This document shows positions 51,401-60,343 of a stretch of 64,000 nucleotides of DNA, piece by piece. This DNA comes from Macrostomum lignano (taxonomy: Eukaryota), in contig NIVC01002289.1 of assembly GCA_002269645.1 (NCBI GenBank), forward strand, positions 62,001 through 126,000, given 5' to 3'. Every line of letters starts with the position of its first letter. Positions within the stretch are counted from its first letter, which is position 1. Both the position numbers and the translations under genes were made by a program. The notes below the pieces were generated by a model, which saw only the letters and a list, made by a program, of their open reading frames with translations, searched no databases and was not told where the DNA came from.

Positions 51401-53477
51401 TCTGCTTGCAGGAACTTTGCTTGCAGAAATTTTGCTTGCCGAGGTTTGCCAGCCACAGTTTTCTTGCGGAAACCTTAAAGAACCTATTATTGAGCTCTTG
51501 TATTTCTAATTTTTATTTTCTAAGATTCGTGGAAGTCACCTATAGTGTTATGATTTTGCATGAGGATATGGCAGATTTGAAAAGCCCTAATGCAGAACTG
51601 GAATAAATTCGTTTTTTACTGGGAATTTATTTTCAACAAAAATTGGACACAATTTCGAACAATGCACATATCGAATGATTTAGGCAGCGAAATGTAAAGA
51701 ATAGATTTTTGGAAATGAACGTACATTGTACATCATTTTCTATATACTAAATTCTTAGAATGAAAATCTATAAGCCTAGTTTGAAAGCTTAGTGTCAAGT
51801 CAGTTTACGTCGACGCTGATAAGAATCCAGTTGCAAAGCATCTGTAGTAAGTAATAATTGACGGACCAGCTTCACAAGCAATCAAAACAAGCAAGCAAAC
51901 AAGAAAATAATTTGGCAAGTTAAAATCTTGCAATTGTGATTGCGAATTTCTAGGAAGCAGACATCAAAATTCCGCAAGCAAAGTTCGGCAAGAAAAGTTC
52001 CGGCAAGCAAACGTCGTACTCCAAGATAGGTAGCTAAGGTAGGTGGGTAGGTAGGTAGCTAAGGTAGGTGGGTAGGTAGGTAGCTAAGGTAGGTGGGTAG
52101 GTAGTGTAAGAACAAGCGAAAACGAGAAATTGGCTTAAGGCGTAGACCGACTCTTGGCTGCCCAGGGCGCCAAGGCATTCACTTATATATTATCATTGTA
52201 CAGCGAGCAAATGTACATAAGAGCTAGTGAACGTGCGCACACGCAATCAACAAAGCAAACCATCTTACAGTAGGTAGCTAAGGTAAGTGGGTAGGTAGGT
52301 AGCTAAGGTAAGTGGGTAGGTAGGTAGCTAAGGTAGGTGGGTAGGTAGGTAGCTAAGGTAGGTGGGTAGGTAGGTAGCTAAGGTAGGTGGGTAGGTAGGT
52401 AGCTAAGGTAGGTGGGTAGGTAGGTAACTAAGGTAGTTATATGCATCGCATTTCGCGCCACGCACTCACTCTGCTCCCACTGGTCGCCAATAATAATAAC
52501 AAAGGTGATGCAGGTGCCAAAGCAGTAGACGGCAATGCAGGCAGCGCTAGCCAGTCGGCCAGTCCGTCCGAGCAGGCTGGCCACCGCCTCCTGGTAGGTG
52601 GCCGCATGACTGCGGTCGGACACAAAGGCCAGCAGCACCAGGGAGCCGACAATGAAACTGAGCAGCACGAACTGCACAGTCAGGGTGCTGCCGACCCCGC
52701 CAGCCAGGTGACAGGCCTGGGGAAAGTTCAGCAGGCCGGCGCCGAGGGCGGCATTGATGACGATGAAGCCCGAGAGCAGCCAGCCGCTGCCGGACTCGCT
52801 GGCTGCGGAATTTCATCGGGGATTCTACAGGTTCGTCGATTTTCTCACCTAAACCAAAAGCATTATTGAAGTACCTCTCCAACCCAATGGTTTAGGTTCT
52901 CAGTACGCCTCTGAGTAACCCCTCAGTTTCTCAGTTAACTTCTCTAGTTCCTGAGTAACTCCTTTAGTTCCTGAGTAAGCCTTTATTATATTAGTACGCC
53001 CGAAGTCGAGGGGGGGCGTAGCCCAACGATCCACCGCGGCGCTCTGATGCGCCAGCGGCCCAGGCTCGATTCCAAGTGCAGTCACATTAATTTGGGGCTG
53101 AATTGGAATCTCGACTTGGCTCAGCTCGTGCAATTAACGGCCTTCAGGGCCAACCCCCAACGCACAGTGAAGTGTCCTAACGATAAATAAAGTTAGGGCC
53201 GCTGTACACTCCCGTGTGAGTGTGTGCCTGTGCGTGTGACTGCGTACTGCGTACGTTCGTACTCGTATCTGCGCGCATGTCGCTTAAATTGTACCAGAGT
53301 GCACAGTCCCTGCTTCTTAATTAAATACAAGATCAGGTTGGCAAGTCGCAATTTTAAAAAAGAGAGCTGCTCACTTTGAGCAGGAACAGCCGGCTGCCCG
53401 GAGTCCAGCATGGAGGGCTGCGAGCTGTTCACTAGCAAGCCAGTAGTCTCCGTGGGCTCGTCCGCCTCGGTCATCAT
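27434..53477 (-). CDS. SLC38A7: Sodium-coupled neutral amino acid transporter SLC38A7/8-like (Aa_trans family); exons 53477-53375, 52802-52470, 51064-50929, 49021-48929, 48297-47980, 28741-28542, 27564-27434; ~437 aa
   Basis: Motifs [92 protein letters not shown]. All six GT-AG junctions are phase-compatible (1,1,2,2,2,1) and sum to 1314 nt. Paralog assignment (A7 vs A8) is not certain. Confidence 0.9.
27650..28465. repeat. Compound minisatellite of interleaved 29- and 30-bp units sharing gggagtg(g/a)caacccaac, SLC38A7-like intron 6
   Basis: Two unit types alternate in blocks. Confidence 0.92.
28886..29163. repeat. Minisatellite, 26-bp unit (gaggcaagggacggagggccaagctt), ~10.5 copies
   Basis: Near-perfect tandem array. 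Confidence 0.95.
29795..30118. repeat. Minisatellite, ~29-bp unit (agctgatacagttagctaatctgcagttc)
   Basis: Tandem periodicity with deletion variants. Confidence 0.9.
31118..41573 (+). CDS. DEG/ENaC-family (amiloride-sensitive, FaNaC/ASIC-like) channel subunit; exons 31118-31798, 32228-33320, 41200-41573; ~715 aa
   Basis: STTAHG pre-M1 motif, TM1, YLQYPV, FPDLTFC, YCTFDGELC, NCFTF, Cys-rich thumb (CIKH..QCGC, RCYDSC), and pre-M2/TM2 SDLG/GVLGLWIGFSIVTLFE joined across a phase-1 7.9-kb intron (gtgag 33321..ctaacccgcag 41199). Exact start codon is uncertain. Confidence 0.92.
33395..33600. repeat. Minisatellite, 23-bp unit (tgatagacaccccatctcataat)
   Basis: Tandem periodicity. Confidence 0.9.
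33596..34390. repeat. Minisatellite, 44/51-bp unit (tagaaacctcacccttctgatttcaaggccaaagacacatctca +/- tattcga)
   Basis: Tandem periodicity, contiguous with the 23-bp array. Confidence 0.93.
34905..35050 (-). mobile_element. Diverged partial copy (C) of the tRNA-derived SINE family
   Basis: gtgtacaacggcccc...ggcatgtacact...gtgccttggggg...ccctcagg aligns with 22330-22410. Confidence 0.6.
35514..36090. repeat. Minisatellite, 47-bp unit, ~12 copies
   Basis: cagatcggacagcaccatacaggagtgacagcagtcccaatgagtga periodicity. Confidence 0.95.
36520..37228. repeat. Minisatellite, 23-bp unit (cagggatgggatcctgtccagtg), ~30 copies
   Basis: Tandem periodicity. Confidence 0.95.
38158..39152. repeat. Minisatellite, 31-bp unit (atagtgaatagtctatggtcaaagccacata), interrupted at ~38330-38385
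   Basis: Tandem periodicity. Confidence 0.95.
40300..40500. repeat. Minisatellite, 21-bp purine-rich unit (gggagccagtgagagtgaaaa)
   Basis: Tandem periodicity. Confidence 0.85.
41962..42315. repeat. Minisatellite, 32-bp unit (ctggttgcttctacccacacccgcctcagcag), ~11 copies
   Basis: Tandem periodicity. Confidence 0.95.
42833..44024. repeat. Minisatellite, 19-bp unit (cagtgggtgacagtgaNNN), ~62 copies with variant units
   Basis: Tandem periodicity; variable triplet ttt/cgt/tgt/tgc. Confidence 0.96.
45886..46655. repeat. Minisatellite, 24-bp unit (tttatcaatccctacatctgtgac), ~32 copies
   Basis: Tandem periodicity. Confidence 0.96.
46785..46930. mobile_element. CORE-type SINE remnant: tRNA-like head on the minus strand (46850-46785) back-to-back with a MIR-like CORE on the plus strand (46861-46920)
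   Basis: tgtgtccttgagcaagacac...gcttcagttcacccagctgtaaaatggg resembles the MIR CORE consensus as recalled. Head shows cgaatggttagag (A-box-like) and ggctcgattc (B-box-like). Confidence 0.6.
47553..47890. repeat. Degenerate G-rich 6/12-mer repeat (gggatttggattcggggtc)
   Basis: Repeated GGG/GGGG runs. Confidence 0.85.
48330..48625. repeat. Degenerate ~54-bp tandem repeat adjacent to an SLC38A7-like acceptor
   Basis: Recurring catctccagcttcc..gatcaaacctatctgct. Confidence 0.7.
49165..49485. repeat. Minisatellite, ~30-bp unit (gggttgcagtgcactcaaggagctgaaggt)
   Basis: Tandem periodicity. Confidence 0.9.
50140..50892. repeat. Minisatellite, 35-bp unit (ctcagtgggctgtctcccttccctgtccttcagag), ~21 copies
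   Basis: Tandem periodicity; ends ~35 nt from a donor site. Confidence 0.96.
51256..52436. repeat. 25-bp minisatellite (gtaggtagctaaggtaggtgggtag) split into three blocks: 51256-51292, 52028-52104, 52270-52436
   Basis: Same unit on both sides of unrelated sequence. Confidence 0.85.
51290..52022. mobile_element. Non-autonomous DNA-transposon-like element with inverted subterminal tttgcttgc arrays
   Basis: Left end has ~10 (aac)tttgcttgc motifs; right end has aaaattccgcaagcaaagttcggcaag, the reverse complement of 51355-51390. No clear TSD seen. Confidence 0.6.
53011..53280 (+). mobile_element. tRNA-derived SINE, copy B (SLC38A7-like intron 1)
   Basis: gggcgtag.. A-box-like, ggctcgattccaagtgcagtcacattaat B-box region, body highly similar to the reverse complement of 22285-22547. 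Confidence 0.82.
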
Positions 53478-55748
53478 GGCCGGCACTGCAGGAACAATCA
53501 AAACAGAGGCTTTCCAACGAATTTGCTTAGGAGTCGGCGGAATTGCCTCGCCGCGGGTTGTGGGACGATGCGCCGAAGGCGCTGCGCCAGTGTGGCCGCA
53601 GCTCCCCCCCCCCCCCTAAGATTAGTACTATTCTTAAGAGCTATTCAGAGGAGTCATTTACGAGTAAAAGGGTTAATAATAGGATAGTAACAGGGAAAAG
53701 TTTCTGAATTCAGATCATCGGTGCTGTGGTTATCCTACGTTCTAATGTGTACCCAGATACTATAATAGTACAATATGTACTACCGCTGTAGATCATAACC
53801 TTACTACTTGTTGAGCATTCTCATGTTAGCTACTATTAGAAAATATTCAAGTAGTATATATAGCTCGTATTATTAGCGATCGAAATGTGATCCTCGAAAT
53901 CTTTCAAACCTCCTACCAGCTTCTAAACCCTTCTTAGCAACAGGCGCCATTTTGCTTCACTGCTGCGTACATAGCATACGGCTAGTAGCAGTCTAACAAG
54001 GTGAGAAAGTGAACAGGACTTTGTCACACCAAAGGCCAAGATAAACAGTTATAACTGCAAGGGTACACTTTGCTATGAAATGCTGAAATACACAGTGATA
54101 GGACCAACACTTGTACTTTAGTACAGAGGGACATTTCAAAGCTGGTGCAAGCAGCCAAGATAAAATGCGGGTTGGAAACCAACATCGAATTGGTGCCAAT
54201 GCGACTCAAACACAAAAATGAACTACGAGCATATGTTATTAAAAGAGCACAGTAAAAGCCTAGCAAGAGGGCTGATCTGCTTTATACTCCTACTTATTAA
54301 TTACCAAATAAAAAAAGTAGGAAAAGTAGACCTTTGAGACTTTAAGATTTAGAGGCAAACTGATGCAATTGAAGTTCAACTGACAAATTGGGACCAAGAA
54401 TAGGGAGGTAAGGCCAAGGGAAAAAAACTGGGAATATGTAAATCTGTTATTAGTTAGTAGCTATTGCCAAAACATAGGGCACAATATAAGTCATTGCCTA
54501 ATTGCTTATTGCACCTAAGGAATTCATACTTAGAAAAACCCATTGAATACTTATTACAAATTTAATATCGTTTAATCTCACATAATTGGATCATAAGGAA
54601 TAATAGGGAACCTAGCTTATAGTAGGAATGAACCTGCAAACCAGTATATAACAATCCACTAAGAGTTTAAATAGAATAACTAGTAATCTAGACAAAACAT
54701 CCAACTGAAACTGTTAAGGACAGGTTGAGAATTTTAATGCGCAAAGCCTCAAAAATAAGTATTTTATTAATAATTTTAATACAATTGGTTTTTAATTAGT
54801 TGGTTTAATAATGCTGCAAAATTCATTATATAGAAGTAAATAGTCAAGAATAATCTTTATTTAACCTTTATAACTAAATGTAATAAATTACAAAATAAAT
54901 ATAATTTATTATATTTAATCTGATCTTCTTTGGTCTCATACTTAACTTTTTGATTTTACCATATGGGATATCAAATTTTCTATGAATGACTGCTCTTTTT
55001 ACTTTGATGTTTTGCAAACCTAGTTTTATTACTCTCAAGTTGCATATGATATTTTTATACAAAAGTGAAAGACTGGCTTTTTGGTATAGGCCTAGTCATG
55101 ATAGATCTTTTAAAGACAATGATTAATTCATTAAATATTTGCTGCCAATGAATATTATAACTTTAGAAAATTAGGACTAATTGTACCCATAAAAGGTGCT
55201 TTATCCTTATATGATAAAAATAAGTCTAGGCTAAAATTTTGATAGAAAATAGTAAAACAGACTGATGGGAATATTTTATGCAAAAATACCATCAAATTCT
55301 TTATAGTACCATTGACTCCTTACACTATTATCTAGTCAATTTCGACAATCAGTTTGAAAAGAACAGGACAAAAAACAAAAAAGACTTTTTAATATATCCA
55401 AATATTGAAAGATCAAAATATTTAAACATTGAAAAAGTTAAGGTAAACTGTTAAATTAGTTCCAAGAAACAAGACTGGCTAACTAAGGATATATAGATAG
55501 GATCTAACAGAAATTCTACTATCTAATAAACCTATGCCATCATGGTATTGCCATGGTCTTACAATTACAACTCTTAGATATAGTAAAAAGAATTACATTG
55601 TTTTTTATGTGTCCCTGTAGTGTAGCCGAATTGAATATATACTAAATTTCAAATGATATTACATATTTGTTGCAGTTTGCAGCCCCAATTAAACCAAGGA
55701 AGTAACACCTAAGATGAGGTACGTAACACCTACTGACCTACAAAGTTA

Positions 55749-56261
55749 GGTAATCTTTCCTTACCCGACCGTAAATTATTTTCGGCTTCCTGTTTCAGTT
55801 TCTTTTAATTTTTTTGGCTGAAGTTGTGTATATATGTGGGGCGCACATTTTAAGAAAAGAAAAAAATGTTTTTAATTTTAGATTTTCCGAACCATGCCAC
55901 TGTCAACCACTCCCTCAACTTCGTCAACCCTGTGGACCCAACTGTGCACACCCAGAACATCGAGGGAACGTGGGGTCATGTCAAGGCCAAGCTAAGATGG
56001 ATGCGTGGCACGTCGGGCGCACTCTTTGACACTTACCTCCAGGAGTTTATCTGGAGGCGCCATTGGGGAGGAGAGCATCATTTTGAAAATTTCATTTACT
56101 GGGTCCGGCACTACTACCCATGCTGACTTTTACCCATGCTGACTTTTACCCATGCTGACTTTTAGCTTTTACCGTAAGCCCATAAAAATATTTACATTTT
56201 AAATATAAAAAATTCGAAAAAACTTAGAAAATAATTTACGGTCGGGTAAGGAAAGATTACC
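55749..56261 (+). mobile_element. Internally deleted Merlin (IS1016/IS1595-like) DNA transposon
   Basis: Perfect 35-bp TIRs (ggtaatctttccttacccgaccgtaaattattttc; 55749-55783 and 56227-56261). 8-bp TSD caaagtta/caaagttg. Carries a transposase C-terminal fragment and a 3x ~18-bp subterminal repeat. Confidence 0.92.
55866..56126 (+). pseudogene. Merlin/ISXO2-type DDE transposase C-terminal fragment
   Basis: HATVNHSLNFVNP..HTQNIEGTWGHVK...YLQEFIWRR matches the H-x-x-V-N-H/HTQ-x-IE-x-x-W signature; preceded by an acceptor-like ttttag. Confidence 0.85.
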
Positions 56262-57184
56262 CAAAGTTGTGCCATTGTGCTTGAGGGTGGTTGAGTAAAC
56301 TGAGCGAGCGAATAAAGAGCAACAACACATGTGGCATAAAACCACTGCCATTTAAACTATTTAGCTTTTCCTACTGGCTCCAATTTCACATATAAGATTG
56401 TGATTGTGATAAATAAATGCTCAGCTTCTCTATTGAGCGATGGCTTATGAGGACCAAGATTCGAAAATTAAGAGAATTGTGATGAATAGAATATCGCCAT
56501 GTGACAATGTTTACACTAGAAATAAAGTATAAGCAAAAAATTCTCTTTTAATGCCCACGCTAAGTAGTAAGACTTTTTTTATAAATATTTTTTTCATCAT
56601 TGACATAACTTTGAATATTATAACTGTTCTTTCTTCATATTTGTTTATAATAGGTACGCTTTCATTACAAATTAAAAATTACTTTCTTAGAAGCTCGAGA
56701 GTTACTACCGCTACACAAGTTCCCAAAAACATACATATAGCAACCAACCACAGCTAAAATTAATCTGAGGAACTCAGCCGCCGGATTACTACGTATTGGC
56801 TAATAATAATCCCAACCACATTTATTCTAGGATGAGGAGTTTAGAATCCTCTGTATTTTAGTAGTGAGTAGGGCCTAAGGTATTGCAATTTTTTTTTCAA
56901 TAGCCTGTTGCCAGTGTTGCCAGTGTTGTAGACTTGTAGTTGTACAATTGTGTGACATTTTAACTCACTGCAGTCTGCAAACTTATCCAAACCAGGGGAT
57001 ATAATTTGTAATAGTATATATATATATGTCTAGTTACTTTAACTTTATTAATTGCATTTATGATATATGAATCTTATTAGACCCAGGCCTAAATTATAAA
57101 TACTAGGGCCTAAATAGCAAAGCCTGTAGGTCTAATTTATCAGAAATCCTTAGTATTACTAGGTTTAGGGCCTAAGATATATAT

Positions 57185-57805
57185 AGGGTGCAGCCTATTT
57201 TGGCGAAGGAATTTTTGGCAAAAGATGCTTTGACAAAAAGTGACCAGTTGCAGTTGGTAGTTTAGCAAAAAATGGGCTGCATATATAATATAACACTTTA
57301 GTGATTGAAGCTTTTAATAAATTGTTCATTGCTGCCAGTTATTAGCAGTTAGAAAATTAAAAAACTTATGACTTAGCTCATAGTCATAGCTCTATATTAT
57401 GTGCATGCAATCTATTGATATGCAGTTGATAGATTAGATATGATGACAGTGTTGGTTTTTCAGATTTCCAGTTCCTAAAATCATACTTTGTAATTTCACT
57501 GAAATGGAATAGCATCTAAATTCTAATAAAACAATTAAATTAAACCGCAACTAAACAAAAAGTAAAAACATGTCACAATAAAATTATATTCTAATCTAAT
57601 CTAATGACTAATCTAAATTAAATTATAAAATGAAATTAGTATATCATTTTTAGCTATATTCTAAAACAGCAAAAACTCTACAGCAAAGCTTGGAACAAAT
57701 CTTTTGCCAAAATGGTCAGCTTTAGACAAAATAGTCATTGCAAAAAGTATTTTTTCACCATTATTGACTTTTGCCAAAAATTCTTTTGCAAAAGTGGGTT
57801 GTATT
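57185..57805. mobile_element. Degenerate inverted-repeat element (old MITE-like)
   Basis: ttttggcgaaggaatttttggcaaaag (57200-57228) pairs with cttttgccaaaaattcttttgcaaaa (57768-57793). Confidence 0.5.
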
Positions 57806-60343
57806 ATTTTATCGAGTACTTATAGGCACGGGGGCCATATTTAAAATATTTGAGCTTATAGGCATGGCAATAATCATCAATATAAAATGCGTGTTCTATA
57901 GGGCTTTCTCACAAGCAATTGGTAGCTTAGTTGATATGTCAATTTCCTTGTGATTGCATGCAGCAAAAATTCAAATCCCAAGTAGTCAAAGATTTTTTTT
58001 TAATTTTTTAGCAAACAGAAATTTTTCTGCCTTGAATTTTTTTAGGTTTTTAATTAAAATAAAATAAAGAATTAAAATTTATTTTTTAATAACAATAAAC
58101 TTAATCTTAAAGTGTGGCCGATATGTATCGAAAAAAATATTTCTTTTTCATATATAATTGCGGCCAAACTTCAAGATTTTGTGTTACTCTTAAAAATTTA
58201 ATTTATTTTATTTTAAAAAAATCAAATTAAAAAACTCCTGAACGACTTTTCAATCAATTGATATTTTTCATCCAATTGATGATTATATACATGGCAGCTA
58301 TGCCTATATTAAGCTCCAATATTAGAGATACAGCCACCCACTGTGCCTCTAAGTGTGAACCCATTCAATATTAACAACATGGCTACCATGCAAGTTTCAT
58401 TGACACAGCAACTGTGTCTCTAATAGTGACTAGGTCCACACTTATAGACAAGTTTTTGCATTATAGACACAGTCGCTGTGTCTCTAAGTGTGGCAATTAT
58501 TTTAATACTAAGCCTACTAGAACCCATTTTGACTGTGTATCCTTTTGACCTTTTAATCTTCCTTTATGAATAACAATATCCTTAAAGTTCTATCCCATAG
58601 TTAAGAGAAAAGGCATGTATGTAGAATTTTTTAAGGTATATTTAAAAAAATTGTTCTATCAAGTAGTATTTCTAATCTAAGTTACTTTTTATATATGATT
58701 AAGTCTATTAACTGTTAGGCAAAAAATGATTGTAAATTAATTGTTAAATGTTTTAATAGCAATGTATATATTTTAACTTGTTTTTTCTAGATGAATTTAT
58801 AAATTACAGTTTTTATTGAATATTGCCATTTATAAAAAACTTAGTATTTTTGTCCAATTAAATTTTTAAAGTCTTGATTAGTAGAAAATCATACCCTCAT
58901 ATATATATAGCCAAACTGGCCAATTCAGCTAGTTGGCAAGGGCCTAGCCAAGGTAATTACTAAAATGCCTATCTAAAAATAGATTAGTATTTATTAGATT
59001 GGATGATAAGACATTTAGCCCTAATGCAATCATAGTTATTCCTACTATTTATCCAAATCATATTATTTTTGCTGAGGTTTCTTTTATATTATAGATATAA
59101 GCATGTATTGCATTTGAAAATTGAATTGCATGGCTTTTTTAATCAATGGGAGCAATGCTATAAACATATTTAATATTCAATTAACCTTTAAAATCGTTGG
59201 TGTTAATAGGGACTTCATTGAGGATCCTGAGTCTTGAAAAAATATATATATATATGCAAATATATCTATTTTTTAAACAATAAATTTGAAAATTAAGTTT
59301 TTTTGTAAATAAATAATTAAATAATTAAATAAATAAATCTAAATTATAAAAAATAAAATAAAATTAGACTATCAAAGTAATATATGTACAAGAAAATTGC
59401 TATGTACAACTAAGCAAAAAGCATTATTTCCTATAGTCCTACATTGATTGATATTGTATTGACTATATTAGTTAATAGTATTTTACTTAAATTAGTCAGA
59501 TTAGTCTATTTAGCTTTTTTGTTTTATTTAGTTTGATTAAAAAGTATCTAATATTCAAATGTAACACAATAAAAAAACAAAAAAGAAAATGTCCCAAAAG
59601 AAAAAAAATATGTATAGGCCCATTTTTATGAAAGAAAGTCTTGAAAGTATGAAAACTATTATCTATTATTGCCATGATAGCAATCTTTTAAACCATTTAT
59701 TTTAAGTATTTATATTTATAAAGGTATATTTTACATAGAAAAATCTATATATTTACTGGGGATAAGAAATTTTTGCATGCAGTTTAGAAGAGAGATTCTT
59801 GTATATATTTTAAGGGACAAAAATTAATGTGCAGGTATTATTATGCTGTTAGGTATTATACCATTTGCAATATGGGATCTTTATGTATTTTTTGTAGACA
59901 ACATCAATAGAATAGACAATTATTGATAAGTAGAAATATATGTGGAGTGATATCCACTATACAAGTGTACAAGAGGCTAAGTACACTTAAGAAGGCAAGT
60001 CCAACTTGGAGTTTAGATTATGTTCAAAAAATATCATTTATTGTTTTATTTGTAAGGGCTTATAATCAACCATGAACATTTTAAAGTCATATTTAAAGAG
60101 ACAAAACATTTACTATGCTCTAAACATACTTTACCCTGCCGAGTTACACAGCATATTCTTAGAAAATTAGTAAGCACCGTGGCATGTCACTGAAATCTGC
60201 TTAAAAATTATGCAATCACTTTTCAGCTGAGCTAGCCACCTGCGCAGTCTGGCCAGTGGCAGCAAACAGCAAGCAGCTCCTTCAAGAAGCAACCAGAAAA
60301 GATATAAAAGATTATAAAGAATTTTTGCTCACACAGTGCAGTC

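Noticed and set aside
52803-52826. Alternative acceptor (ctgtag, 52825) for SLC38A7-like exon 2
   Set aside because: It gives the wrong frame (SPMKFRSQ...); the ccgcag acceptor at 52803 preserves the transporter frame.
54200-60140. AT-rich tracts as mitochondrial insertions (NUMT) or foreign DNA
   Set aside because: No mitochondrial gene, tRNA or rRNA features seen; better explained as CpG-depleted non-coding DNA with old MITE remnants.
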